From assembly GCF_022045235.1 (NCBI RefSeq), contig NW_027266264.1, forward strand, positions 69,998,001 to 70,062,000: 64,000 nt of DNA, given 5' to 3'. How positions within the stretch are numbered: the first letter of the stretch is position 1; the number at the start of each line of letters is the position of its first letter. Source of the stretch: Haliotis cracherodii (Eukaryota). A program made the position numbers and the translations under genes. The notes under the pieces are model-generated. The model did not search any database and was not told the origin of the DNA. It saw nothing but the letters and a program-made list of their open reading frames with translations. Below are positions 12,339-22,575 of the stretch, one piece after another.

Positions 12339-12880
12339 CATCTTTCCGAGGCAAGGGAGTTAACTGACTATGAAAGTCCAGTTTCCACCCTTGCCGAATT
12401 AGGCTGGTATTATGGAGTTACATTTTAGCTGGACTAACGAGTCTATGCATAGTCAAATCAAAATCGCGCACCGAAATCGAAATCAGGTTCATAAACTGTT
12501 GTGCAGATTTCGGTCGATTGCAGAATTTGCAAATCATGTGCACCACCAACTTGCTGTCAGCAGATATTTTCAAAATCTTTTCATGTTTTTAATCAAGGTG
12601 CTCACATGATTTGATGCATTTCGCGATGTAAGACCGGATTTATCACAATATAGATCTTGATTATCGATCAGATCGTCCTGACTGGGCGCCACCATTTTGT
12701 ATGAAGCAAAATCAAGTGATACGAGAGGCGGAATTTGATTGTTCCATAGGAGAGGTATAGGAGGGACATAACTGGTAATAGCAACTGGCGCTACGATCGA
12801 GCCCAGTAATTCCTGCCTAGTTCGGCAAGGGTGGAAACTGGACTTTTAATGTCAGTTAACTCTCTTGCCTCGGGAAGATG
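12339..12880. mobile_element. MITE with ~65-bp TIRs and 8-bp TSD (hAT- or P-type)
   Basis: CATCTTTCCGAGGCAAG... / ...CTTGCCTCGGGAAGATG; GCTGCCTG duplicated at 12331-12338 and 12881-12888. Confidence 0.9.
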
Positions 12881-13329
12881 GCTGCCTGTGAGGCGCTTTA
12901 AGGTTAACAGTCACATTACCTTCTCATCCTACCGGGAAGTCACAATATGGCTGAAATACTGTCGATGTGACTTTAGATTTTAACTCATTCACTCATCCTA
13001 CTGGTTACCCCTGCTTAACACCTCTGGCTAGTCCTGCACCATGACTGTGGAATATTTTTATTTTATGAAAAAAAACACAATCTAGAAACATATACAAAAG
13101 CAAGTCTAGCCAGCTCTAGCTAGCTCTATTCCACATATGAAATCAGCATCGGCAAAATTTTTGTATTTAATTTTAGAGTCAAGAAGGGTATTGTGTAATA
13201 TAAGATTTCATGGACTACATGTTAGTCTAACCTCTGGTGGACAGATGCACATTTCGGACAAAGTCACCTGCCTAAGGAAACACCATATGTGAAACATGTG
13301 CTCGAGTCTATTTTCGGTAACCTTTTGAC

Positions 13330-13865
13330 TTAACTTCAAAGAGTTCAAAACTGTGCTGCCAGGCTTGTTACAAAATCCAAAAAGTTTGACCATATCACAC
13401 CGATTCTACGTAACCTCCACTGGCTTAAAATCAATGAGAGAATCCAGTATAGAGTGATGCTGATTGTGTTCAATGCGAGACACAATCAAAAACCAACTTA
13501 TATCAGCGAGCTTCTTGAAGAAGAGTACGTGCCTGGGAGATCTCTCAGATCAAGCTGCCAGTCCCTACTCTCTGTGCCTAGGGTTAGAACGGCGTCTTTT
13601 GGAGGTCGGAGTTTCGCCAAAGTTGCCCCTGAGCTATGGAATAGGCTGCCATTGGATATCAGGAACATTGACAGTCCAACTTTGTTCCGATCAAGACTCA
13701 AAATCTATCTTTTCACCAAATCTTTCTTGGAGTATTGAGGCTTTGTGTTTTCCTAGCTGTGTAATGTCTCTTTTTGTGTAGACTCAAATGAAGCGCTTTT
13801 GAGCAGTTCTTCAAACTGGATACCAGCGCTATATAAATCTGTAGTTATTATATTATTATTATTAA
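13330..13865 (+). mobile_element. 5'-truncated L2-clade LINE 3' end in SNRNP25 intron
   Basis: LQRVQNCAARLV..KFDHITPILRNLHWL...GRSFAKVAPELWNRLP...FRSRLKIYLF; tail AAGCGCTTTTGAG...GCGCTATATAAAT+(TAT)n. Confidence 0.92.
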
Positions 13866-14102
13866 TTAGGTTTAAAGTGTCATAAAAACATATTTATTAC
13901 TAAGTTTTTTAAAGAATTTGCATCAAATGATACTGATCCTGCATACAAAATTACACACTGAAAATGAAAATAGTGTTAATTTATGCAACTAGACAATATC
14001 CTTAAAATCAGATCATAGTGCTTGCTACTGCTGCACATTGTGTTTAGTTATTTGATAGGCTCGATGCAACACTGTGTAATCCTGCATGTGATGTGGTTTC
14101 AG

Positions 14103-14208
14103 AGATTGTGGTTGTGCAGGATGCCAGTGTTCTTGATCTGAAACATGCTATCAGAAGACATGTCACTCTGCGTCAGTCCAGGAGAGGCGGGACAACCATC
14201 ATCAGCTG
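14103..14208 (+). CDS. SNRNP25: SNRNP25 coding exon 3 (KIVVVQDASVLDLKHAIRRHVTLRQSRRGGTTIISW)
   Basis: tttcag|AG ... TG|gtatgt; phase 1 to 2 fits neighbours; ubiquitin-like VVVxxAxVLDLKxAI motif. Confidence 0.97.
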
Positions 14209-14636
14209 GTATGTTATCACAGGACTTGGTGGAGGGCACACATATACATATTACATATAGCATTATTTTGAGGCTCTTTAGTTTTTCTGATATTTTTCAG
14301 GCAGAGAAATATAGGAAATATGTACAGCTTTTACAGTGTTTAGAAAGAATGTGCTGTGAGCTGGTGGCTAAAAATGAAAATAGATGGTGCCATAATATCC
14401 ATAATTAATGAGCCAAACAGCACAGCCATGCTCACTAAAAGGCTTTTCGATTTTATGTTTATGATCATTGATAAGCTTTGAGAAAATTTATCAATGTTTA
14501 GCCATATTTGCCAGAATCCCATCCTCATAGATTATCAATGATTACATTGTGTGGTGGCCTCCCTTGTTTCTAAACTTCTCCTTGGTCTAGCAGGTTCATC
14601 CTTCTATTAGCATAGATGTAACACTCCATCTTTATG

Positions 14637-15004
14637 GGACCGCCTCCGTGTCTAGTGGTAGAGCGTCCGCCCGGAGAGCGGAAGGTCCGGGGTTCAATCC
14701 CAGGCTGCGTCATACCAAAGACGTTAAAAGATGTCCTTGTTGTTATCCTGTCTGGCGCTCGGCATGAAGGGGCTAAAACAAGGACTGTTTGGCTCGCAGT
14801 CAGTATACTGTGTCTGAGTGGGGTATTCATGTTAAACTGCGGCATGGTATCTCAGTGAGCTAGCACTATAAATCGGCATCGGTCCGGACTAGTACAAGCA
14901 GCCACACACACACACACGTACATGCACGTCGCTATATAAGTGCAATAATCTTGCACACGACCTTAAACCCCATTTCACCTCACCTCACCTCACCTCACCT
15001 CACC
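14637..15004 (+). mobile_element. tRNA-derived SINE with MESC-like domain, family C
   Basis: TCTAGTGGTAGAGCG A box, GGTTCAATCCC B box, CGTCATACCAAAGACGTTAAAAGATG domain, (CACCT)n tail, imperfect TSD. Confidence 0.88.
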
Positions 15005-15888
15005 ATCGTTACGGTTAGCTGGCAACAGTGTACACATCAGTACGACAAACAGTCTACAGCTAACCAGGAGCTGGATGTGTCTGTCAGATTTATGCATCTG
15101 TACATACTGTGCATTGAAGAACTGGAACACTTGGATAACCCTTGCAGTTCATGAGGCCTTCAAACAAGTGACAATGAACACATCAACAGTACATTCATTC
15201 ATAAAACACTTCCCTGTGTAATACTGATGGCAATCACTGCACACTTCATAGTCTAGCCAAAACTCAAGAAGGGAGAAGAAGAAGTTGGCCAAAAGCTTTA
15301 GCTAATGACAGCAACATACTTTGAGCTATTTTGAAGATATGCCAATCTACAGCATGTAAACAAAAGAAATCTGAAATTTGATCACTGTAATATTATATTT
15401 GGCCTAAAGTCTTTTGGGCCAGGTCGGATACTTTTTGGTTTTGTTTTGTAATCCGTTAAAAATAGCGCAGACAATAAATGTGAGCCACCAGGAGAATCGG
15501 GACCTTATTGGTGCTAGGATCCAATTGTGCTTTGGTGTGCTTAAGACGTTTGATGTCAACTTACTTCAGTGAAGATCGCCATGTGTGATGTCATGTATCT
15601 CTGTAATAAATGTGAATTGAAGCTTGTGAATTGTATTTTTCTGTTCTGAATATGGTGTAGTTTTAAAATATAGTGAGAAGTCACAATATGATTTTTCACC
15701 CATAAGGTTGGTTGGTTGGTTGGTCACAAATGTTCATTAATACTATTTTTAATAGATCACAGTTTGTGTCTTTTTGCTGTTGTTAGTCAATAGGGGAAGC
15801 AACTAAATGCACAATTAAGAATAAGGATTGGTTTATGAAATTGGATCACATGGTTTTCAGGCAGGGCTGTATGTATGCAGTGGTGTTA

Positions 15889-16051
15889 GGGGCGGTCGGG
15901 TAGCATAGTGGTTTAAGCGTTCGCTCGTCACACTGAGGACCCGGGTTCGATTCTCGACAAGGGTACAATGTGTGAAGCCCATTTCTGGTGTCCCCCACCG
16001 TGATATTGCTGGAATATTGCTAAAAGTGGCGTAAAACCATACTCACTCACT
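15889..16051 (+). mobile_element. tRNA(Asp)-like SINE, family A
   Basis: A box TAGCATAGTGG, B box GGTTCGATTC, CTCGTCACA loop, (ACTC)n tail, TSD CAGTGGTGTTA. Confidence 0.9.
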
Positions 16052-16493
16052 CAGTGGTGTTAACAGATGAATGAGTCGTACTTGTCGGCTTGTATAGGCT
16101 TAAGGACTTAAATTAGGCAGTGGGCTTAAGATTAGATCTGTGTTGAACGGGTTTAAACGTTCAATAAATGCCTTGAAGTTGCTAGCCATAGTTAACTGCC
16201 GTTACATAGATATATTACAATATGTTTTTCTCTTCTTGTTAGATATTAATTATAACACCATGTCGCAAAAGACATGTTCAGCACTTCTCAACAACTAATA
16301 TTGAAACACTGATGTGTGAATTTGCATATTGAAATTGTGTACTGGTTGTGTTGGATACAAATAAGGCCATTGTGACAATGAAATAAAGTAAGAATGTCCA
16401 AATGAATCAGAAAAAGGCCTTGAATTTGGTGTTTCGAGTATTGTGAGAACCAGGACTACGTTTCATGAGGCGGTGTGTGTTGTCTGTCACCAG

Positions 16494-16568
16494 GAGGTAC
16501 ATCTGGAGGAGCTACTGGCTTTATTTCGATGGGCAGAAACTCAGCGACGACAGGAGGACCCTAAAATC
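16494..16568 (+). CDS. SNRNP25: SNRNP25 coding exon 4 (RYIWRSYWLYFDGQKLSDDRRTLKS)
   Basis: caccag|G ... TC|gtatgt; phase 2 to 2; matches the WxYxWRxYxL..GxKL motif. Confidence 0.97.
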
Positions 16569-16835
16569 GTATGTTATTGGTTCTGTTTTCACTTACTCTC
16601 ATATTACAAAATTAACAGCATGGATTTAAAGTGCATCATTTTCTCAAAGTACCGGTAAATGTACAAGTGATTTCTAATATCTTCAAAATCTTGTGTGCAT
16701 GGTGATATATGAGAAATGCAGCTCAATGGTGACAACACTGAAATCCATGTAGTCCAGCTAATGTTGACAAACAGATATGGGTTATCTCCCTTTGACATAT
16801 AAACGTTGTGACGTTTGTGATAATCTTGTATTTGG

Positions 16836-17091
16836 TGTTTGTTTATTTGTTGTTTAACGCCGCACTCAGCAATATTCCAGCTATGTGATGGCAGTCTGTA
16901 AATAATCGAGTCTGGACCAGACAATCCAGTGATTGACATCATGAGCATCGATCCACGCAATTCGGGTTCGATGACATGTATGAACCATGTCAGCGAGCCT
17001 GACCACCAGATCCTGTTTGTCGCCTCTTACGTCAAGTATAGTCGCCTTTTACAGCAAGCATGGGTTGCAGAAAACCTGATCTGCACGGGTC
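16836..17091 (-). mobile_element. Family D copy
   Basis: Reverse complement of family D, (TTTG)n tail. Confidence 0.9.
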
Positions 17092-17359
17092 TGTATTTGG
17101 CGTAGAAATGTCCTTGGTTGTCAGTCTGAACATATCTTAGCAGCTATGCTACTGACACTGGTTTTAAGAAGTTTATCATCCAGGTTGTATCAGCTCCTTT
17201 GGAAATAATGAGGATCAGATGGATGCAGTGTGTGATAGAATTGATTCAGACAATGAACCACTTTCTTTTCTCTTATTCATTGAACACACATTCCACACTT
17301 CATATATTGTGGTGTATTATATGTTGATTCAAATGAAGACATTGATAATTTCATTTCAG

Positions 17360-17417
17360 TTATGGAATTCGAAATCGAGATGAGATCATGTTCATCCACA
17401 AACTTAGGAAAACATGA
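17360..17417 (+). CDS. SNRNP25: SNRNP25 terminal coding exon (YGIRNRDEIMFIHKLRKT*)
   Basis: atttcag|T TAT GGA ATT CGA AAT CGA GAT GAG; YGIRNRDE motif; TGA at 17415-17417; spliced CDS is 540 nt. Confidence 0.97.
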
Positions 17418-18877
17418 ACATAAAGGAGTGACATGTTGGATTTACAAAAAGCAGAGCCATCAATGTGATTTTGGAAAACTTGAATCATCTAGATGGACAG
17501 GAAAAGGTGAGTCATTTTTGTGGCTCTGGAAAATGTGAGTCATCTTTGTGGTTCAGAAAAACGTGAGTCATCTAGGTGGACAGGAAAATGTGAATTCTAA
17601 TGGGATCAAATGACAAAATGTGAATCACCTGAGTGGGACAGGAAAGTGTGAATCATCTTGATGGGACTGAAGACTGGAATCATTGAGGTGGGACGAAAAA
17701 GCCGAATTCGAAATCGAGATGAGATCATGTTCATCCACAAACTTAGGAAAACATGAACATAAAGGAGTGACATGTTGGATTTACAAAAAGCAGAGCCATC
17801 AATGTGATTTTGGAAAACTTGAATCATCTAGATGGACAGGAAAATGTGAGTCATCTTTGTGGTTCAGGAAAATGTGAGTCATCTAGTTGGTTCAGGAAAA
17901 GGTGAGTCATTTTTGTGGCTCTGGAAAATGTGAGTCATCTTTGTGGTTCAGAAAAACGTGAGTCATCTAGGTGGACAGGAAAATGTGAGTCATCTTTGTG
18001 GCTCTGGAAAATGTGAGTCATCTAGGTGGACAGCAAACTGAGTCGTCTTTGTGGTTCAGGAACATGTGAGTCATCTAGGTGGACAGGAAACTGTGAGTCA
18101 TCTTTGTGGCTCTAGAAAATGTGAGTCAACTTCATGTAACAGGAAGATGTGAGCCATCTAGGTGGAACAGGAAAATGTGAATTCTAATGGGATCAAATGA
18201 CAAAATGTGAATCACCTGAGTGGGACAGGAAAGTGTGAATCATCTTGATGGGACTGAAGACTGGAATCATTGAGGTGGGACGAAAAAGCCGAATTCGAAA
18301 TCGAGATGAGATCATGTTCATCCACAAACTTAGGAAAACATGAACATAAAGGAGTGACATGTTGGATTTACAAAAAGCAGAGCCATCAATGTGATTTTGG
18401 AAAACTTGAATCATCTAGATGGACAGGAAAATGTGAGTCATCTTTGTGGTTCAGGAAAATGTGAGTCATCTAGTTGGTTCAGGAAAAGGTGAGTCATTTT
18501 TGTGGCTCTGGAAAATGTGAGTCATCTTTGTGGTTCAGAAAAACGTGAGTCATCTAGGTGGACAGGAAAATGTGAGTCATCTTTGTGGCTCTGGAAAATG
18601 TGAGTCATCTAGGTGGACAGCAAACTGAGTCGTCTTTGTGGTTCAGGAACATGTGAGTCATCTAGGTGGACAGGAAACTGTGAGTCATCTTTGTGGCTCT
18701 AGAAAATGTGAGTCAACTTCATGTAACAGGAAGATGTGAGCCATTTAGGTGGGACAGGAAAATGTGAATTCTAATGGGATCAAATGACAAAATGTGAATC
18801 ACCTGAGTGGGACAGGAAAGTGTGAATCATCTTGATGGGACTGAAGACTGGAATCATTGAGGTGGGACGAAAAAGCC
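17365..18877 (+). repeat. Tandem triplication of SNRNP25 last exon/3'UTR (units 17365-17703, 17704-18290, 18291-18877)
   Basis: GAATTCGAAATCGAGATGAG recurs at 17365, 17704 and 18291; the two 587-bp units are near-identical; internal ~28-bp TGAGTCA-containing sub-repeat. Confidence 0.95.
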
Positions 18878-19456
18878 AGACATGACACTGAGGAGAAAGA
18901 AGGAAACGTGATTCTTCAAGACTGGACTGTGGAAAAAATGAATCGTCTGTGAGTGAATCATTTGACTGACAGTGATGTGAAACAGTTCCTACCCCTGATG
19001 TCATATTCTTCTGGAGGACTAGTGATGTGAATGAGTCTCTACCCCTGATTTGCCATTTGTCATTAGTAGGACTAGTGAGTAAAATGAGTTTCTACCACTG
19101 ATGTGCCCCGATTATGATTCTTGGTTTCTCAGCACTGTCTGTCTGCTTGTGGCTTTCACCAATGTAGTAGGCATATACAAGGGGTGAAACTGCTTTGCTT
19201 CCCTCCTAGCTTACTGCTATACAGCTGAAATACTGGTACTGGTACTGTACAGACGTTGAAGTGACAGAGAGTAAGTGTTCTTCTGTGGACAAGTACTGTG
19301 TGCCAACCACCCACCCAGACAATCTCTATTTTCATGATGAGATATCTTTACAATCTGCACACACTGACACATGTTTTCTGTTTAAGGTATTTGAACATGG
19401 TAATTATCAATCAAACATTGATGTTCACTTAAACTCACTCAGTGAAAAGTATTTGA

Positions 19457-19827
19457 GGTGAGCACGGTGAGGTGAAATGGGGTTTAACGTTGCGTCCATG
19501 ATTATTGCGTTTATATAGCGACATGCATGAACGTGTGTGTGTGTGTGTGTGTGTGTGTGGCTACTTGTACTAGTCAGGACTGATGCCGATTTGTTGTGCT
19601 AGCTCACTGACATACCATGCCGTAGTTTAACATGAATACCCCATTCAGACCCAGTATACGAACTCCGAGCCGACCAGTCCTTGTTTTAGCCACTTACTGC
19701 CGAGCGCCAGACAGGATAACAACAAGTACCATCATTTAACGTCTTTTGGTATGCCGCGGTCGGGGATAGAACCCCGGACCCTCCGCTCTCCGGGCGGATG
19801 CTCTAGCTCTAGACCATGGAGGCGGTC
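19457..19827 (-). mobile_element. SINE family C copy
   Basis: Reverse complement of 14637-15004. Confidence 0.88.
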
Positions 19828-19839
19828 TTTTCAGTGATT

Positions 19840-20125
19840 GACTGCCTCCCCCGACAGACTGTCTTCCAAGGAGAGCGCAAGGTCTGTGGTTCAATCCCCT
19901 GCTGGCATCTTACCCAAAGATGTTAAAAGATGGAACCCTTTGTTACACTGCTTGGTGCTTGGCATTAAGTGAAATGCATAGACTGTTTTGGCTCTGAGTG
20001 GGTATAATGTGTCTGAGTAGGTTTTCCGTGTTAAAAGTGTGGCATAGTATCTCAGTGGGCTAGCACTATAAAACCTTCACAAGTTCAGACTAATACAAGC
20101 AGCCATGCACACTTGTGCATACATG
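19840..20125 (+). mobile_element. Diverged SINE family C copy, head-to-head with the previous copy
   Basis: Colinear with family C head and body. Confidence 0.8.
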
Positions 20126-20131
20126 TTGCTC

Positions 20132-20808
20132 AACCTGTGAAGACCCGGGGTAGAATTGGCCGTCAGCAGCCCATACTTGCTGTAAAAGGCGACTATGCTT
20201 GTCATAAGAGGCGACTAACGGGATTGGGTGGTCAGACTCACTGACTTGGTTCATGCATGTCATCGTCTCCCAATTGCATTGATTGATGCTCATGGTGTCA
20301 ATCACTGGGTTGTCTGGTCCAGACTCGATTATTTACAGACCACCGTCATATAGCTGGAATATTGCTAAGTGCGGCGTTAAACAACAAATAAACAAATAAA
20401 CAACTTAAACCCAAATTCTCTTCTTGTATGTCTGTGATACTTGATGCAAGTGACACACAAATGAGTTGCTTGAACTACACAGGTTCCCTGTACAGTGATC
20501 ACCATTTGTAGATCTTGGCTGTTCTTTCCATCAATGGACCCGTGAAGATCCAGGTTAGAATAAGTCTCCAGCAACCCATGCTTGCGATAAAAGGCGACTA
20601 TGCTTGTCCTTGGGTGGTCAGGCTCGCTAAATTGGTTGATGAATGTCATCAATGCCAATTGTGTGGATCGATGCTCATGATGTCAATCACTGGATCGTCT
20701 GGTCCAGATTCGATTATTTACAGGCCGCCGTCCTACAGCTTTAACATTGCTGAGTGCGGCGTTAAACAACAAACACGCAATTAAACAAACAAACAAACAA
20801 GCAAACAA
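20132..20808 (+). mobile_element. Two family D copies (20132-20404, 20538-20808)
   Basis: Both start ACC(C/T)GTGAAGA and end GGCGTTAAAC+(AAAC)n. Confidence 0.9.
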
Positions 20809-20866
20809 AACGTTCCATCAATGCATATTATGGCAAGTTCTTGTTTGTTGTTAAGGCCATACTTAG

Positions 20867-21720
20867 GAGATAAACGTACTGTGTTTGAAAATTAGATTAA
20901 TGCTAGGCCGAATTGATAGTCCCAAATTTCATTTGAAACCGAAACTGTACGTTTATCTCCTTCTACCATGACCGCTTTAAAATCGAACTCCTTCGCTCAG
21001 CGTAAGATGGTGTGTGATCCGTCATGGCACGAGAGTCGAATTGAACTCGTCTGTGAAAGGGGTGGTAGGTGTCTTTGGTTGTTGTTTTTTTTAACATTGT
21101 AACGTAACGATTGACTGTCGAATCTGAACCCTGCTCAATCGAAGAATTGTACTATTTCTGATCGGCCGGCGAGTCAGTGTTGTAGCACAATCAAGGACTG
21201 TTGATTATAAAGACCAGTGAGGTTGATGATTTCACGTGCCTCTACACCCGCGGAGAGTGGCTCTAACTCAATGATTTGTGTTAATGTGTTAACTTGGGAT
21301 TCCTTTGAAATTGTTTTCATCGTTAGGACAGAGGATTATAGCCACGCGGTTTTAAAGTGTACCAACATGGATCGTCGACAGGTTTGCAGGGAAGCTGGTA
21401 GAAGGCAGGATTCTGGTGGTTCAATTTTGACATGTATTTTTTTAATGATGCAGCTGGGCACGAGGGAGGATGAATTGCCCAAATTCAGGGTTTTGCCTGA
21501 CCCTTATCTTGCAAGTCCCTTGGGTGATTTTTGATGGATTCCTAATGGGTCATTGTGATAATCTCTATCCCAACATCGTCGATTCGACGACAAATTATTT
21601 GTATATGTGCCCAATGAAGCGGTCATAAAATCAGACGCATGTTTTTCAATCCAAATTGATTATGTCAAATTTTATTGGCTGACAAATCAAATTCGAGTAT
21701 TTCAAGTAGTCATGGTAGAA
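20867..21720. mobile_element. Putative non-autonomous element with terminal hairpin and asymmetric inverted repeat (Crypton/Helentron-like)
   Basis: GGAGATAAACGTAC...GTACGTTTATCTCC hairpin 20867-20960, then TTCTACCATGAC inverted to GTCATGGTAGAA at 21709-21720. Confidence 0.5.
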
Positions 21721-21973
21721 TGAGCAATATTCCAGCTATTTGATGGCGATCTGTAAACAAATTAGCCGGGACCAGACAATCCAGGGATTGACATCATAAG
21801 CATCTATCTACGCAATTGTGATATGATGACATGCATGAACCAAGTTTGAGCCTGACCACCTGATCCCGTTAGTCCATTTCTAACCCTGATCGTCACGGTG
21901 ATTATACAAAATGTAACACAGAGAAGGTAATGTAGATTGCTGATTTAAAGGCACAAGTAGATCAGAGGAAATA

Positions 21974-22323
21974 CCATATTCGACGCAATAAGCGCCCCGC
22001 TCTATTAAGCGCCCACGGCGATATTTGCGAATATATTGGCTAGTGAACACTTTCAATAAGCACCCCTTCCGATTGATTAATGTACACAAGACTTATTTAT
22101 TCGTGTATAATACGCACTCGTGTGTTATATGCACCCTTAATTATGGGCAACTAAATCCTGGAAAAATATATATGTTGTATATAAACATTTCAGGCTGTAA
22201 GCATAAACCACGAAATTTACGATCTTTCAACTCTGTTTTATTTTTCACCAAAATATTATTGTAATAAAAGCCCCCTATTTCTTAATTTGAGAGCGACCTG
22301 GGCGCTTATTACGTCAAATACGG
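21974..22323. mobile_element. pogo/Tigger-like MITE
   Basis: TIR CC(A/G)TATT(C/T)GACG(C/T)AATAAGCGCCC, TA flanks. Confidence 0.85.
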
Positions 22324-22399
22324 TAATCTCAGTTTTTAGCATTAGAAATGTCTCGCATTAAAGCTTAATTTTCCTTTCATCTGTAAATTCGGTATTCTG

Positions 22400-22536
22400 C
22401 TACCGGTCAACTCCCCTGGACAGCCTGGAGGTCTTCGGGTACCAGCCGGTGTCGCAGCCGGTCAAGATGCAGCAATAGGAACAGGTGAAGCATGGGTAGA
22501 AATCTTCCACGTTCAGGTTGACACACACCTCTTTGT
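22400..22536 (-). CDS. Cys-rich terminal-type exon KEVCVNLNVEDFYPCFTCSYCCILTGCDTGWYPKTSRLSRGVDR*
   Basis: catcag| acceptor at 22537, CxxCC-x4-C LU-like C-terminal motif, TAG at 22402-22400. Confidence 0.5.
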
Positions 22537-22575
22537 CTGATGATGACAGCCACCACATGCTCTCACACTCCTCCT

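Noticed and set aside
15889-15960. tRNA genes (also at 14637, 31160, 37337, 48442)
   Set aside because: tRNA-like heads continue into shared SINE bodies and tails, several with TSDs; acceptor stems are not intact
14209-16575. U12-type introns in SNRNP25 (GTATGT donors)
   Set aside because: Donors lack the RTATCCTT consensus; all four introns look U2-type
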